Positions 21,763 to 33,262 of a stretch of DNA of 56,141 bases are shown here, in pieces. The first letter of the stretch is position 1. Each line of letters opens with the position of its first letter. The notes below the pieces were generated by a model. The model saw nothing but the letters and a program-made list of their open reading frames with translations, was not told the origin of the DNA and made no database searches. The translations under genes and the position numbers were made by a program. Source of the DNA: Calcarisporiella thermophila CBS 279.70 (Eukaryota; Fungi; Calcarisporiellomycota); the NCBI RefSeq assembly GCF_041956535.1, contig NW_027192228.1:1-56141 (forward strand), written 5' to 3'.

Positions 21763-22819
21763 TATATACCGAAGTAGAATTCAAATTTTATTGATAATTC
21801 TTACTTTTTTACGAGAATATCTGGAATTGCGGGTTTACAGGTTTATGCCTTGAGTACAATCCTAAATCCTTTCCAAGTACAATATGCATTTATTTTATCA
21901 ACCTTCTGAATATGACCAGGTAAGCCTATTGATCATATTCCCCTATGTATACGATTAATTATCAAGCTTCCAAGTACAAAATATTGGTAGTAATTATTCA
22001 AAGCGTGCCACTTATTTCAACTGTTAACTATTTTATTGGCAATTCACTTACTTATTATGGGGTTAAGCACGAATGAGAATAATAGTGAAGTCAGCTGAGA
22101 GAGGATCTGAATTGCTGTAAATCAAGAAGAAAATCTGCGAACTTATCGAGCATTGTTTTATGTCTACAGCAAATAGGATTCTCTACATTCATTCAAGGCG
22201 ACCCTTGTACTTCTATGCAACATGAATTTTAAAGTAACAAGGACATTAAATATACGACTCGTAATAAAGCTTATTCAAGATTTTGCGATAATAATCGCAG
22301 GAGAGTCGGCAGGAAGCCGAGTTCAGAACTGGTCCCCTATATCCCTGGGAAATATCTTGGTAATAGTTGAAGAAAATCGCTTACAAGACGCGATAATATT
22401 TAGGCGTAGGGAACTAAACGCTCTCTGATCAATGGTAAAATTTCAAGTCAATTAATAATGAGTATAGGTGTAGTATAATTGCTCTACAACTTTATTAATA
22501 TAAGAGTATTAAACACTTGATAAATAATCACGTCATGTAAGTCTTTAACACTTCAACTGCTACTGCAACGGGAGGATAACGAGCATTTATGGCTATACTG
22601 CAGGTTTATCTTAGTTTCTGCGAATGTGTATAAAGCATTTAAGAGTTTTGGATCTCATTAAAACTAGTAATTTCAACTAGATATTATATTGACCAAAGCA
22701 CATGTACAATATTATTATATTTATATAATCTAGATGCGCCTTTCTTTTTCAAGCTACTGCTCAACTTTTCCAAGAAAAAATCTAGATTCTTCAAAAATTC
22801 TGGCGGAATCAAATAGAGG

Positions 22820-23250
22820 TATTCACAAGAGTTGTGCCAGATTATTCTCTTGAAGTCTTTTCATTTCAAATACAACTGTCATATTTATTAACTACACATG
22901 CCTTTGTGAAGCATTACAAAGCATTTCTACCCGACTATTTAACCTCATTATCATACTCAGACGTCGCCTAACCTCATCTTATAGGTGCTCAATAGGATTA
23001 ATATTGGTGGTTGCGAAGACCGGCGAAGTTTCTCTATCTTAGTATTCTTCAAAGCCTCGTTCTTTCAGATACACTTTATGTCTTAGACCATATTCGTGTT
23101 AAAGTATAATCTCTTTCTCGATGAAGTTCATACGAAATTCTCATATTATCTTCAAGGGTTTGTGCAGTAGGCTTTGCACCGAGTCCTCTGTGAATGTGGC
23201 CAAAAAGCCTGATTCTTAGCCGTCTCTGTCACAGGTAATCATGCTAAATA
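22820..23250 (-). mobile_element. Degenerate Tc1-family transposase relic (boundaries approximate)
   Basis: Minus-strand 22999-22958 translates NPIEHL*DEVRRRL, resembling the Tc1 NPIEHLW motif. The surrounding frames are disrupted. Confidence 0.65.
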
Positions 23251-23479
23251 GAAATATTAATGAATGATAGATGTTATCCACTGGAGATAACAATTCTTCT
23301 AAGATTCTTTCAAAAAAGTAGAGGCTTAAAATAAGGTGATTACTTACATTTATCATAGTTGCGAGAATGAATAATGATACGCCATCCGCAATCGAAGATT
23401 GAACAAAGAGGTGAGACCTCAAGGAAATGAGATTGGATGACTTCGCATGTGATCACATTATCAAGCCACACAGTAGATG

Positions 23480-23820
23480 GCCTTCGCACTGATCTTCATT
23501 TGCAATTCATTGCTCAAGTATTAAATATCTCAGCAATTCTGATATTATGATTCTGCACGATAACGACCCTAAGCATAAAGCCAAACTGATAGATCGAGGG
23601 CAGAAAGCCAACCAGATTGAAGTATTAACCCGGCAATCACAGTCTCCCGATCTTAATCCGATAGAGCATTTATAAAATTAAGTAAAGGGGCACCTGGAAA
23701 ATGTGTCTTATTCCCGCTGTATTTGGATGCCTTGGAAAAAGTAAACTCCATCTAGGAGCCCATCACGATTGCTGGAGCAGTTCAAGATGCTAATAAGATT
23801 AAAGGAAGTTGCACCGGCTG
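23480..23820 (+). mobile_element. Degenerate Tc1 (DD34E) transposase relic (boundaries approximate)
   Basis: HDNDPKH (Asp codon at 23559) and [12 protein letters not shown] (23643-23675) are in frame, with 34 codons between the Asp and the Glu at 23664. Confidence 0.85.
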
Positions 23821-24896
23821 GTAGCAGCGGGATAGCTTATATATGTTAAATCACATTCCATCAATAACTAAACTCTTAAAAAAGGTAATACCCCCGAAAT
23901 CTCCGAAAATTTCGATATAAAATGAAGCATTTCCTTATTATAGGGGGAATAGATTTATATGAGTCGGGTTATACTGTATATAATCATATAGTGCATCGGA
24001 ACTTTCTACGAAGTAATAGTATTAAATGATGACTATTATGGTGATGGTAATCCATATTCTCCTTTATCTCCAATTTCAATATGAACTGAAGAGTAAATTA
24101 CCCGTCGAAACGCCAGAGTTTAAGAAAATTTTCGACTTTGCGCCCTTGAGAGGCTCTATAGGCTCACTGGATATTGAATATAGTTCGAATTACACAGTGT
24201 GACTAATCGTGTCTGCGAAATTTACCCCAGCATTATGAAGCCATGGGCGGTTTCGGACACTCGGAATGGGGCGGCTAATAGGTCTGTTCAAAAAGACTAC
24301 AATAGAAATGTAAAATAAATTGCACAGAAAGAGGTATATGGTGAAGAGAAAGAAAGAATAGGTTATCAATGCTTTGACAAGCTCTGATTATTTCGACAAA
24401 AACTTCAGTATTCTATCAATATACAGATATGAATGGATTATGATATTAAAATGATATCCAGCTACAAAGCTATTTTGGTAAAAAGCTTTATTGTAAGTGA
24501 GTCCTACCAAATGCTTCCCGAATCCTTCCTCGAAAAAAACCCTCTTTCTGTTTCTCTCAATTCATGAAAAAGAAGTTGTCGAGATCATATGAGTGAGTTA
24601 AAGGTGGGATATCATACAATATTATAGCAAGTTATCTCGCATTTTCATAAAGAGCTATTATGGAATTAGTTATATCATGATCTTTGAAATTCCTATTAAC
24701 TCCTTGGCTATTTCTCACGCTTGATAAATTACCTCGGAGAGGCTTCCACACTATAGGTCCCGGAGTTATGATATCGTGACGAATTGGACGTGTCATACTT
24801 CTAATTACTAATAACTGTGGATAAACCCTATCTGGAATAACATATATATAGCTCGCCACGTTAGGTTTAGTGATTAGTACTCAGAAACAATCGATA

Positions 24897-25778
24897 ATGA
24901 CGATTAAACTTTACGATCTAGTGGCCGTCAAAGGCGACACCACCACTCCACTTTCGCCTTTTTGCTTCCGAATTAAATGCATCCTTAAATTAAAGGTGAA
25001 TATTTCTTCGAGTTTTGTTTTGGAATGTACGCGCTTACACTTGGTTTTCTATAGGGATTGAAATATGAGGTGATTCCACTTACTTTTCTTGAAATAAAGG
25101 AAGTGATTCCGACAGTTTGGTAGGATCTTATTTAGCAATTATTCCGAAATTGGTTGTCTAATGTCCTGGCTTCCTTCCGCATTAATAGCGAGACTGACAG
25201 CCCCACAGTCCCGGTAATCGTTGATGGCGATGTTGTAGTGAGTGATAGCTACAAGATCGCACAATACCTGGAAGAGAAATACCCCGAGCCCAGCATCTTC
25301 CACGGTACTCCCGCAATTCACCGGGCCTTTGACCACTATACCCTGATAAACTTCCACATGAACTTTTATAAGCTTTCCGCTGCTAAGATTCCAAAGATTC
25401 TTGATAAAGAAAATGGTGAATATTTCGCTGAAAGCCGAAAGAAATATTTTGGCCCAATTGAGGAGTTGGAAAAGAGGCACGATGAATTTATCCCAGACTT
25501 GGAAAGAAATATTCCTATTTTCAGAGAGATGCTGCAGGAGTCTGGAAAGTTCCTTTCTGGAGATAAAGGTAATATTCATTCGATTCTGTTTTAATTGTGT
25601 AAGTCTGGGGTTATTTATGGGAATGTCATTCAAAATAGTGGGCTATGCCGACATTGTCCTAGCGGGCTGGTTCTTTACCTTCCGTAGAGTGAATCCCGAA
25701 GATTTTGAGCGCCATGTCGTTAGAAAAGATGACCCCATCCTTAGCAATTGGTTCGAAAGAATGTTGGAATTGCTTTAA
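24897..25778 (+). CDS. Glutathione S-transferase (beta-etherase/GSTFuA-like), 3 introns
   Basis: IKLYDL...SPFCFRIK, the cis-Pro TVPVI, DSYKIAQYLEEKYP, FLSGDK|VGYADI and WFERM. Confidence 0.85.
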
Positions 25779-26043
25779 ATGTGCCCATTATATTCAGAAT
25801 ATCTTATTCGCAGTTAATCCTTTTTGATTATTTCAATAATACCATTCACAAAGTAAGTCTCCTTTTATATACCGTATTACGAGGATTATAGGAGTTGGCT
25901 GTAGCAGCCTATATTTCAAACTAAAATTTCTTTACAAATATATACAATTTCAACTGTGTAAAATATCAGAAAATAATGCACGAAAAAGAAATAACAGATG
26001 CAATTAAACAATTGTAAATTTCCAGTAGTAGCCAAACACAAAA

Positions 26044-27930
26044 TTAAGGTTTATTATCTTCTATTATCGTATCTGCTGCCTTCAAACCTATCATGTGAGT
26101 GAAGACTGCTGGGAAAAAGCCTGGGACTATAGGAAATGATGAGCCGTCAACCACTCTCAATTGCTTGACGCCTCTTACGCGGAATCTTCCATCCAACACG
26201 GCTAGAGGATCATCATCGGAGCCAATCTTGTTGGTACAGCAGGCATGATGACCAAACGTAGCTTTACGGACGTAATCTTGTAATGCTTCATCAGTTTCCA
26301 CATCGCTACCTGGTCGCACCTCTTCGAAAACCTTGTTTGAAATTGATTTGCGTAGCAGTTTGATTTGCTTCACCAAATCGTCTATTTCTTTTTCTCCATT
26401 CTCCTCAAAATACCTGAAATTGATGTAAGGCACATCGTATGGATCCGAAGTCTTCAGCTTTACAATCCCATTAAAAGTAGGAAATGCCTTGAGACTAACC
26501 CGACTAATGGCATTGAAGTCGCCTCCAATGTCATCAGTCATTCCTTGATAGAATTTGAAGAAATTACCGAACGTGGAGTAGACTAAAAAATCAGGGGTAG
26601 GTAAACTTGGATCCGATTTTCGCATCCAAGCAGAAACTATTCCGTTGATTGAATAAACGCCTTGATGCTTTTTGGAGTAATCACGGTAACAAGCATCATC
26701 CATTGAAGCTTGCAGGGTACAATTTCCTGCATCTAACAAGGGCGTCTTGGGCTTGTAAACGTACGAAAGTTCGTGGTGATCTTGTAGATTTTGCCCTACG
26801 CCTTTCAAATCCACTATCGGGGTAATGCCCATGGACTCCAAATGCTGTTTGTCTCCAATACCGCTGAGCATGAGTAACTGTGGTGAATTATATACCCCTG
26901 CCGAAATAATGACTTCTCGACGTGCCTTCACGATGCCGCGGATTGCTTTAGCCCGATTTTGAGGGGAGGAGAGAGGGCTTGCCTTGTAAAGGTATGCACC
27001 TTTTCGATATTCCACGCCTCTTGCAACCTGGTCCTTATCAATTAGGATTCGAGTGGCGAGTGTATTGGTCCAAATATGGAAGTTTGAATACCTCTTGGCT
27101 GTATCGAGAATATAGCCTACATAATCGCCTCGCTGGCCGGTTTTAGGGTCCACATTCATGGGGGTAAAGCACTTAGCCTCTACGTCGGTTGCAAGCTTGC
27201 CTCGATGATAACCGTTGATATCGTAAAAAGGGTTGCCAATTAGATTGGTCATTGAAAATATGGATCGTATCTTCTGAAAGAGCGATCCTTTCGTCGTTTT
27301 CACACTCGAAGAGCCCAGGTTAAAAGGGTTAAGGTAACTAGTTGCGAACCATCCATCAAATCCATGGGCTTTTTTATCAACAAACGAAGCGTAGCTTTTT
27401 TCCATTCGCTTGAAATATTCTCGCATGGCGGGTTCTTTGAAGCTTTCGTCGCCGGTCACCTCTACCAGCTTATCGAAATCCTCTTGTTTAGGATAAACGG
27501 CTATCATCCCATTATGAATACTGCAGCCGCCTAGTGCCCCTACCCGCGGGTAAAACGTCTCGCCTTGGTATTGAGTTGTTTCTTCTGCGTATATTTTTGG
27601 GAAGAATGAGAACGAGATTTTAGGATCTTCCACAGCTCGTAAAAATAACAACGGTGTGGAGGTGAAGTTGCTGACATGCATTGGGCCTGCCTCCATCAAC
27701 AACACAGATTGGCCTCTTTTGGCCAACTCTACCGCGAGTACTCCTCCAGCAGAACCTCCGCCCACCACCACATAGTCATACTCTGTTGAACCATCGTAGT
27801 TTATGGATCCCTCCCATACTTGAGAGTATACTTGTGTGCAGAATAATATTAGGGGACAAAGTGTCTGCAAAGCCAGTATCATCATTATAAGAGTTGATAA
27901 AAGTTTGCGTAAAAGCGAAGATAATATCAT
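26044..27930 (-). CDS. Secreted GMC (AA3-type) oxidoreductase, intronless
   Basis: Hydrophobic N-terminus, YDYVVVGGGSAG FAD motif, LGGCSIHN, SPQLLMLSGIG, VGQNLQDH, HACCT and LRVVDGS. Confidence 0.93.
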   Translation of the reverse strand: MILSSLLRKLLSTLIMMILALQTLCPLILFCTQVYSQVWEGSINYDGSTEYDYVVVGGGSAGGVLAVELAKRGQSVLLMEAGPMHVSNFTSTPLLFLRAVEDPKISFSFFPKIYAEETTQYQGETFYPRVGALGGCSIHNGMIAVYPKQEDFDKLVEVTGDESFKEPAMREYFKRMEKSYASFVDKKAHGFDGWFATSYLNPFNLGSSSVKTTKGSLFQKIRSIFSMTNLIGNPFYDINGYHRGKLATDVEAKCFTPMNVDPKTGQRGDYVGYILDTAKRYSNFHIWTNTLATRILIDKDQVARGVEYRKGAYLYKASPLSSPQNRAKAIRGIVKARREVIISAGVYNSPQLLMLSGIGDKQHLESMGITPIVDLKGVGQNLQDHHELSYVYKPKTPLLDAGNCTLQASMDDACYRDYSKKHQGVYSINGIVSAWMRKSDPSLPTPDFLVYSTFGNFFKFYQGMTDDIGGDFNAISRVSLKAFPTFNGIVKLKTSDPYDVPYINFRYFEENGEKEIDDLVKQIKLLRKSISNKVFEEVRPGSDVETDEALQDYVRKATFGHHACCTNKIGSDDDPLAVLDGRFRVRGVKQLRVVDGSSFPIVPGFFPAVFTHMIGLKAADTIIEDNKP

Positions 27931-30175
27931 AGCATATTTTTCTTCAACATTTCCGGGGATGAAATAGAAAACCCAGGGTCTCTACTAAAACAATTTGAAG
28001 ATCGTCGTATACCACATTTGTAAATTAGTTCATTGACCAAATCATATAGAGTATGCATATACTATTGAGTTGAATATTATGTAAGATGAACCTTCGCTAA
28101 ACTGTCTTGGTCTTTCCACATATCCAGCCTGATTTATGGAATATCAATGTGGTCAATATATTGCTGCCTAACTGGATATTAAAATGTGAATCTCATTTAA
28201 ACAACCCTAGATTAATATCAAGAAATCTCATATATATTGGTAAATGCAAGATTTTTAATGTTGCACTGCCGACCCCGACTTTTTCCACAAATTGCATACA
28301 AACATTTTCATCCCCAAAATGTATTTTATTTTAAACTGTTTACCTTTGCGTCGAATAATTTATGCATCCATAATCCATAGAGAAATCCCTTGGCCTTAGA
28401 TATCTTAAACCCAGCTAAAATCGACAATAGGGAAAATATGGAAGAGAAAGAAATTTAAAAAATGGTATAAACACCTTAATTAAAGGGTATATCCAATTTT
28501 AAACACTAGTTTCTTCGTTCTCGATTGTCAGTGCGCCATATCATTGTATAGAAAGGAGCTAATTATAAGACAAGAGTATAGATTGATTTTAAGCTTAATC
28601 TTTTAATCTCGAGGTAAAGCGTTTTGCACTGTCCTACTTTTCTTGGCTTGCCCGCATTTTCTCCTTCCTCTATTATGATATAGAGTAGTGAAAAACTGGC
28701 TACTCTCTCCCGGTATTTCGGTAAGAATCAAAATGATTGGTGATTTGCTAATAGCGTTGGCCTAGCTATATAGTAGCGATTCACTCAAAGTGTTCCATCG
28801 AGAAAGCTTTGGAAATATATGCGATGACTTGTCAAACACAAAACGGTAATAATTCCAGGGAAACATGGGCTAAATAGTAGAATTTGTCAACATTTGTGGG
28901 GATAGGACAGATGTATTAGATGAAGTCATAATATCATCAAGAGGTGGACTGATACAATCACCTACCTTGGATAAAATCCAACGTAGATTCCCAGGACCAT
29001 ACACGTGATTCATACACTCTAAAACAACATTAGCTAGTAGTCATGACCCCACAAATAGATTTCCATGGTAATACAGCACCACGTTTTGTAAGTTACATAA
29101 TTTTGGAAAAGGTTGAACTCTTCTTTTCAAAAAGTACGCTAATTCACCGTCAATATCACCTAATATCCTGACAATTTGTCAGATTAAAATAAGGTTTTCT
29201 ATAGCTTATTAGCCTTTTTCTTGTTTCCGTGAAGCTATTCGAATCTCTTGTATGTGTCCTGTCCCCCTCTGCGTAGTTACATGTACGCATGGCCATTGTT
29301 TTATAGAGCACTATAGATACGTTAACGAACGTTAATAATAAATTCAATCAAGATTGAAATTTATCAGGCTATTCTTTTTTCTCTGAAGCCTAGCCCATAT
29401 AGGTAATACACTCAGTGCATTTTTCCTAAATCAAGATCATGGACGCAGCAAGCGTATTGCTCTATCTGATTTTAAAAATAATATAGTTGCACAAACTTCC
29501 TATCACAATGGTTTGAAGAATGTAGTTTGATATGACTAGAGAACCTTATGCTCTCTCATCCGCAATCAACTTCTTAGGGCCAGGAGTCTTAACACGCATG
29601 ACATAAACAAGCTCAAGTGGCTTACGGCTCGACGATTCCAGAAAATTAAAATAGTGTATACGGATACTCTCCCTGCACAGGGTGAAGGCAGCATTATGCA
29701 AGGAGAACGATCGGCCACCATTATGTAACCATCTAGTTGCTGTCATATACTTTTTACCACCATCATTTATAAAGACAAATTTTGAAATTATCTAATTCTA
29801 TTTTTGCTCGAGTAAAAGAGGGTTAAAGAAGGTTAAAATCGAAAAAATTCAATTTTTAACCTAATAATGCTGTGGATCTTGACTTATAATGTGCTGTAAC
29901 CTCAATTTGGTTTCTGCTGATCAACAAGAGAGCTACTCTAAACGATTTCTAATCGTGAACTATGGTCTTTCATCATCACAGTTTAAAAAAAAAAACATCA
30001 GAACTCTATTTGAATATACTTTAAATAATTCAACGACATGAGACTAGATATAAATAGATAGTTACAAATGAGTTGAATAACACACCTCAACTAAAGCCGT
30101 TTTTTAGCTCGACTTATACCCTTCCCCTCTTCCATTCCTTGATTATTGATTCTAGCTTCCCTTTCAAAAACCGGA

Positions 30176-32460
30176 ATGCGTCCTCTCATTAATACTATTC
30201 TGGTGGCGACCTTGTTCGCTTTAGCGGCTGCCGAACCAGCCGGTAACCGCCTGGATATCAAACCTATCGTGCCGGACCTCTTGAGCGTTCAAATCTATGA
30301 ATCCAATGGGGTACAGCTTCAGCAGTCAGAATCACAGGGTCTTCAAGGCAAAAGCCCTTTGGAAATTGCGCAGCAATTTGCGCGTGAAAAGCTAGCGGCC
30401 TCCGACTTCATAGTGAAGGATTCGTACAAAACTGATATTAACGGGGTGACACATGTGTATCTGAGACAGCTTGTTAATGGGCTCGAAGTGGTCAATGGCG
30501 ACATCAACGTCAATGTCGATGCCAATGGCAATATCATTTCCTATGGTAGCTCTTTCTTCCGCGGCAGGACCTCCAAGATTGGCACCGATTCTGCTCCCGC
30601 CAAGACCCTCACCCCCGTCGAGGCCTTGAAGGCGCTTGCAAGGCATATCAAGGTGGTGGAACCTCAATCGGACAAAATCCAAGTCGAAACGATCAATAAC
30701 ATTCAAGGAGAGCCGGAAACCGTGCTAAAGAACGTGCCTTTTGCAGTTCCAGGAAGCCAAGTCCCTGTTCGGTCTGCCTTGATTCAAACGGACAAGGGCC
30801 GGAAACTGGAGCCTGTCTGGATTCTTACTGTAGAGATGAACGAGAATTGGATCCAGAGTAGTGTCCATGCGAACACGGGTAAGGTACTTTCGCTCGTGGA
30901 CTGGGTGGCCGATGCAACCTACAATGTATTCCCCTTGGGCACCAATGATCCCAATGAGGGACCCCGAAAATTGGTTGTCGACCCTCACGACAAGATTGCC
31001 TCTCCTAATGGATGGCACGTCCAAGGTACTACTAACTACACTGTAACTATTGGCAACAACGCGTATGCGCAAGCAAATCTAAACGGCGACAGCAACTGGA
31101 GAGATAAACCGCGCCCCGACGGAGGCAAGAACCTAGTGTTTGACTTCCCACTGGACCTGACCAAGCATCCAAGAGAATATATTAATGCATCGGTCACTAA
31201 TTTGTTCTACTGGAATAATATCGTAAGTGATTCTCTCACCATATATATCAGCTCCTTTGTGACTTCAACCCAAATGTGGCTGAATTGTATTTCCTAATCC
31301 AACAGATCCACGACCTGTTCTATCGCTATGGATTCAACGAGGTAACTAAACCGCTGCCACTTCACATTTTCAACGGGGGGTTTCACTACTAAGCTACTCT
31401 ATTTGTAGGCTTCTGGCAACTTCCAAGAAGACAATGGTAACAAGGGGGGCAAGGGAGGTGATGCGGTAATTGCGAATGCTCAAGACGGATCTGGCACCAA
31501 CAATGCAAACTTTGCAACTCCTCCAGATGGTCAGCGCGGAAGAATGCGCATGTATATTTGGACTTCTAGCAACCCACCCAAGGATGGAGATTTGGAATCC
31601 GGCATCATTATTCATGAATATGCGCACGGTATCAGCAATCGTCTAACCGGTGGGCCGAGCAACGTAAACTGCCTCCCAGGAGGTGAGGCTGGAGGTAATG
31701 TTGAGGAAATTCAAAAACATTAGAGAAATTGCATTTTTCTCAGTTCATCTCGAACACTCATAGGTATGGGAGAGGGCTGGGGTGACTTCTTCGCCACCAT
31801 TTTGCGATTGAAGCCCAACCACAATCGCAACTCAGAATTTGGTATGGGCAACTATTCCGCAGGCAGAGGTATTCGAAAGTACCCTTACTCCACCAGCACA
31901 ACCACGAATCCTGAGACATATGGCACCATGAACAACTCCGGCTACAGTGGTGTGCATGCTAAAGGTGCTGTTTGGGCCAACATGCTATATGAAGGTATAT
32001 TTTATGCTCCGATTTTCCCTCTCATTACACACCTATGAACGCCCCGTTCCGCTTTATGCTGAATCTGAAGTGCTCATTCTATTCATATCCTTGATTTTGT
32101 TCTATAGTTTTCTGGAACATTGTAGACGCCCGTGGATTCACTCCTCAGTGGTACCCTCCGCAAACAACAGACCAAAACGAAATCAAGAAGTACATCCTCA
32201 GCCATGGTAACACCTTGATGCTGCAGATCGTCGTCGATGGCATGAAGCTTCAGCCATGCCGGCCCAACTTTATCACCGCGCGTGATGCCATCCTTCGCGC
32301 AGAGAAGCTCCTTACCAATGGAACCTACGAGTGCCACATTTGGCGCGGATTTGCTAAGCGAGGTCTCGGAGTAGACGCGAAACTCATCGAGGATAGTCCG
32401 AATGGGCCCGGAAGACGCCAGGAGAGCAAGAAGGTGCCTCCTCAGTGCGAAAGAGCATAA
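30176..32460 (+). CDS. Fungalysin (peptidase M36) extracellular metalloprotease
   Basis: Signal peptide, FTP propeptide ([19 protein letters not shown]), [22 protein letters not shown], zinc motif [21 protein letters not shown] and [11 protein letters not shown]. Several introns. Confidence 0.95.
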
Positions 32461-33262
32461 GACGATCTTATCAAGGGGATAAATGTGGAACGATTGGCTG
32501 GGTCTATGTGAAAACAGCCGGAAAAAGAAATGAACTAAACTTAATGGAAATGTATTTTTAAACTAGCAAAAGTCTTGTGATCATGATGCACTGGATTGTT
32601 TGTTAAAACGAAGAAAATGTAATGAAGAGATAATGTAGTTGACAGCACCTCTCTACCTCCTTCTATCCTAATATACGAAATATGATAAGGTTTTGGCTCC
32701 CTAGAGTTCTTTTAACAGACTTCAAGAAGAATCTAGATAGACTGAGGAGAAATGCGTAGCAGAGACTACTAGTGCATATTCAAGCTACCCTCTCGCGATT
32801 AAATGTTTCTTACGAGTGAATAACGATTGTTAATTTGGCTAACCACATATCCAGCTTGCCGAACAACATCTTCGTGAAGAACCTCCCATTGGAAAAAATC
32901 CGATATTATTGCGGTCGGAAGATTATTACTGCAGCGCAAAGATACTCTATTGAAAGACTATCATTGGCACTTCAAGCAAATTGTATGGATCCGAAACTAT
33001 ACAGTATATAGGAAATTCCACTAGATAACTTGAAAAGCAAGCGATTACATTAAAAAAAAAGGCAGCGTTTTTCGTCAATTTCATCCAGGAAAAATAGTTA
33101 TATGAGTCAAAAATTAAATAAAATGATAAAGGAAAATTCAGTAATAAAAACAATAAACAATCATAGTTAAAATAATATAAAGAAAGAAAATGAAATAACA
33201 TGCAGGAAAGAAAAAAAAGCTTTATCCTTAATAAAAAAACGACAATTAAAAATAAAAAACCC

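Noticed and set aside
28650-29300. Coding-looking minus-strand fragments between the GMC and fungalysin genes
   Set aside because: Interrupted by stops and no family recognisable; may be a decayed gene but cannot be supported.
29830-29862. AT-rich inverted repeat upstream of fungalysin (a similar 9-bp stem lies near 40000)
   Set aside because: Short low-complexity stems are expected by chance in AT-rich DNA.
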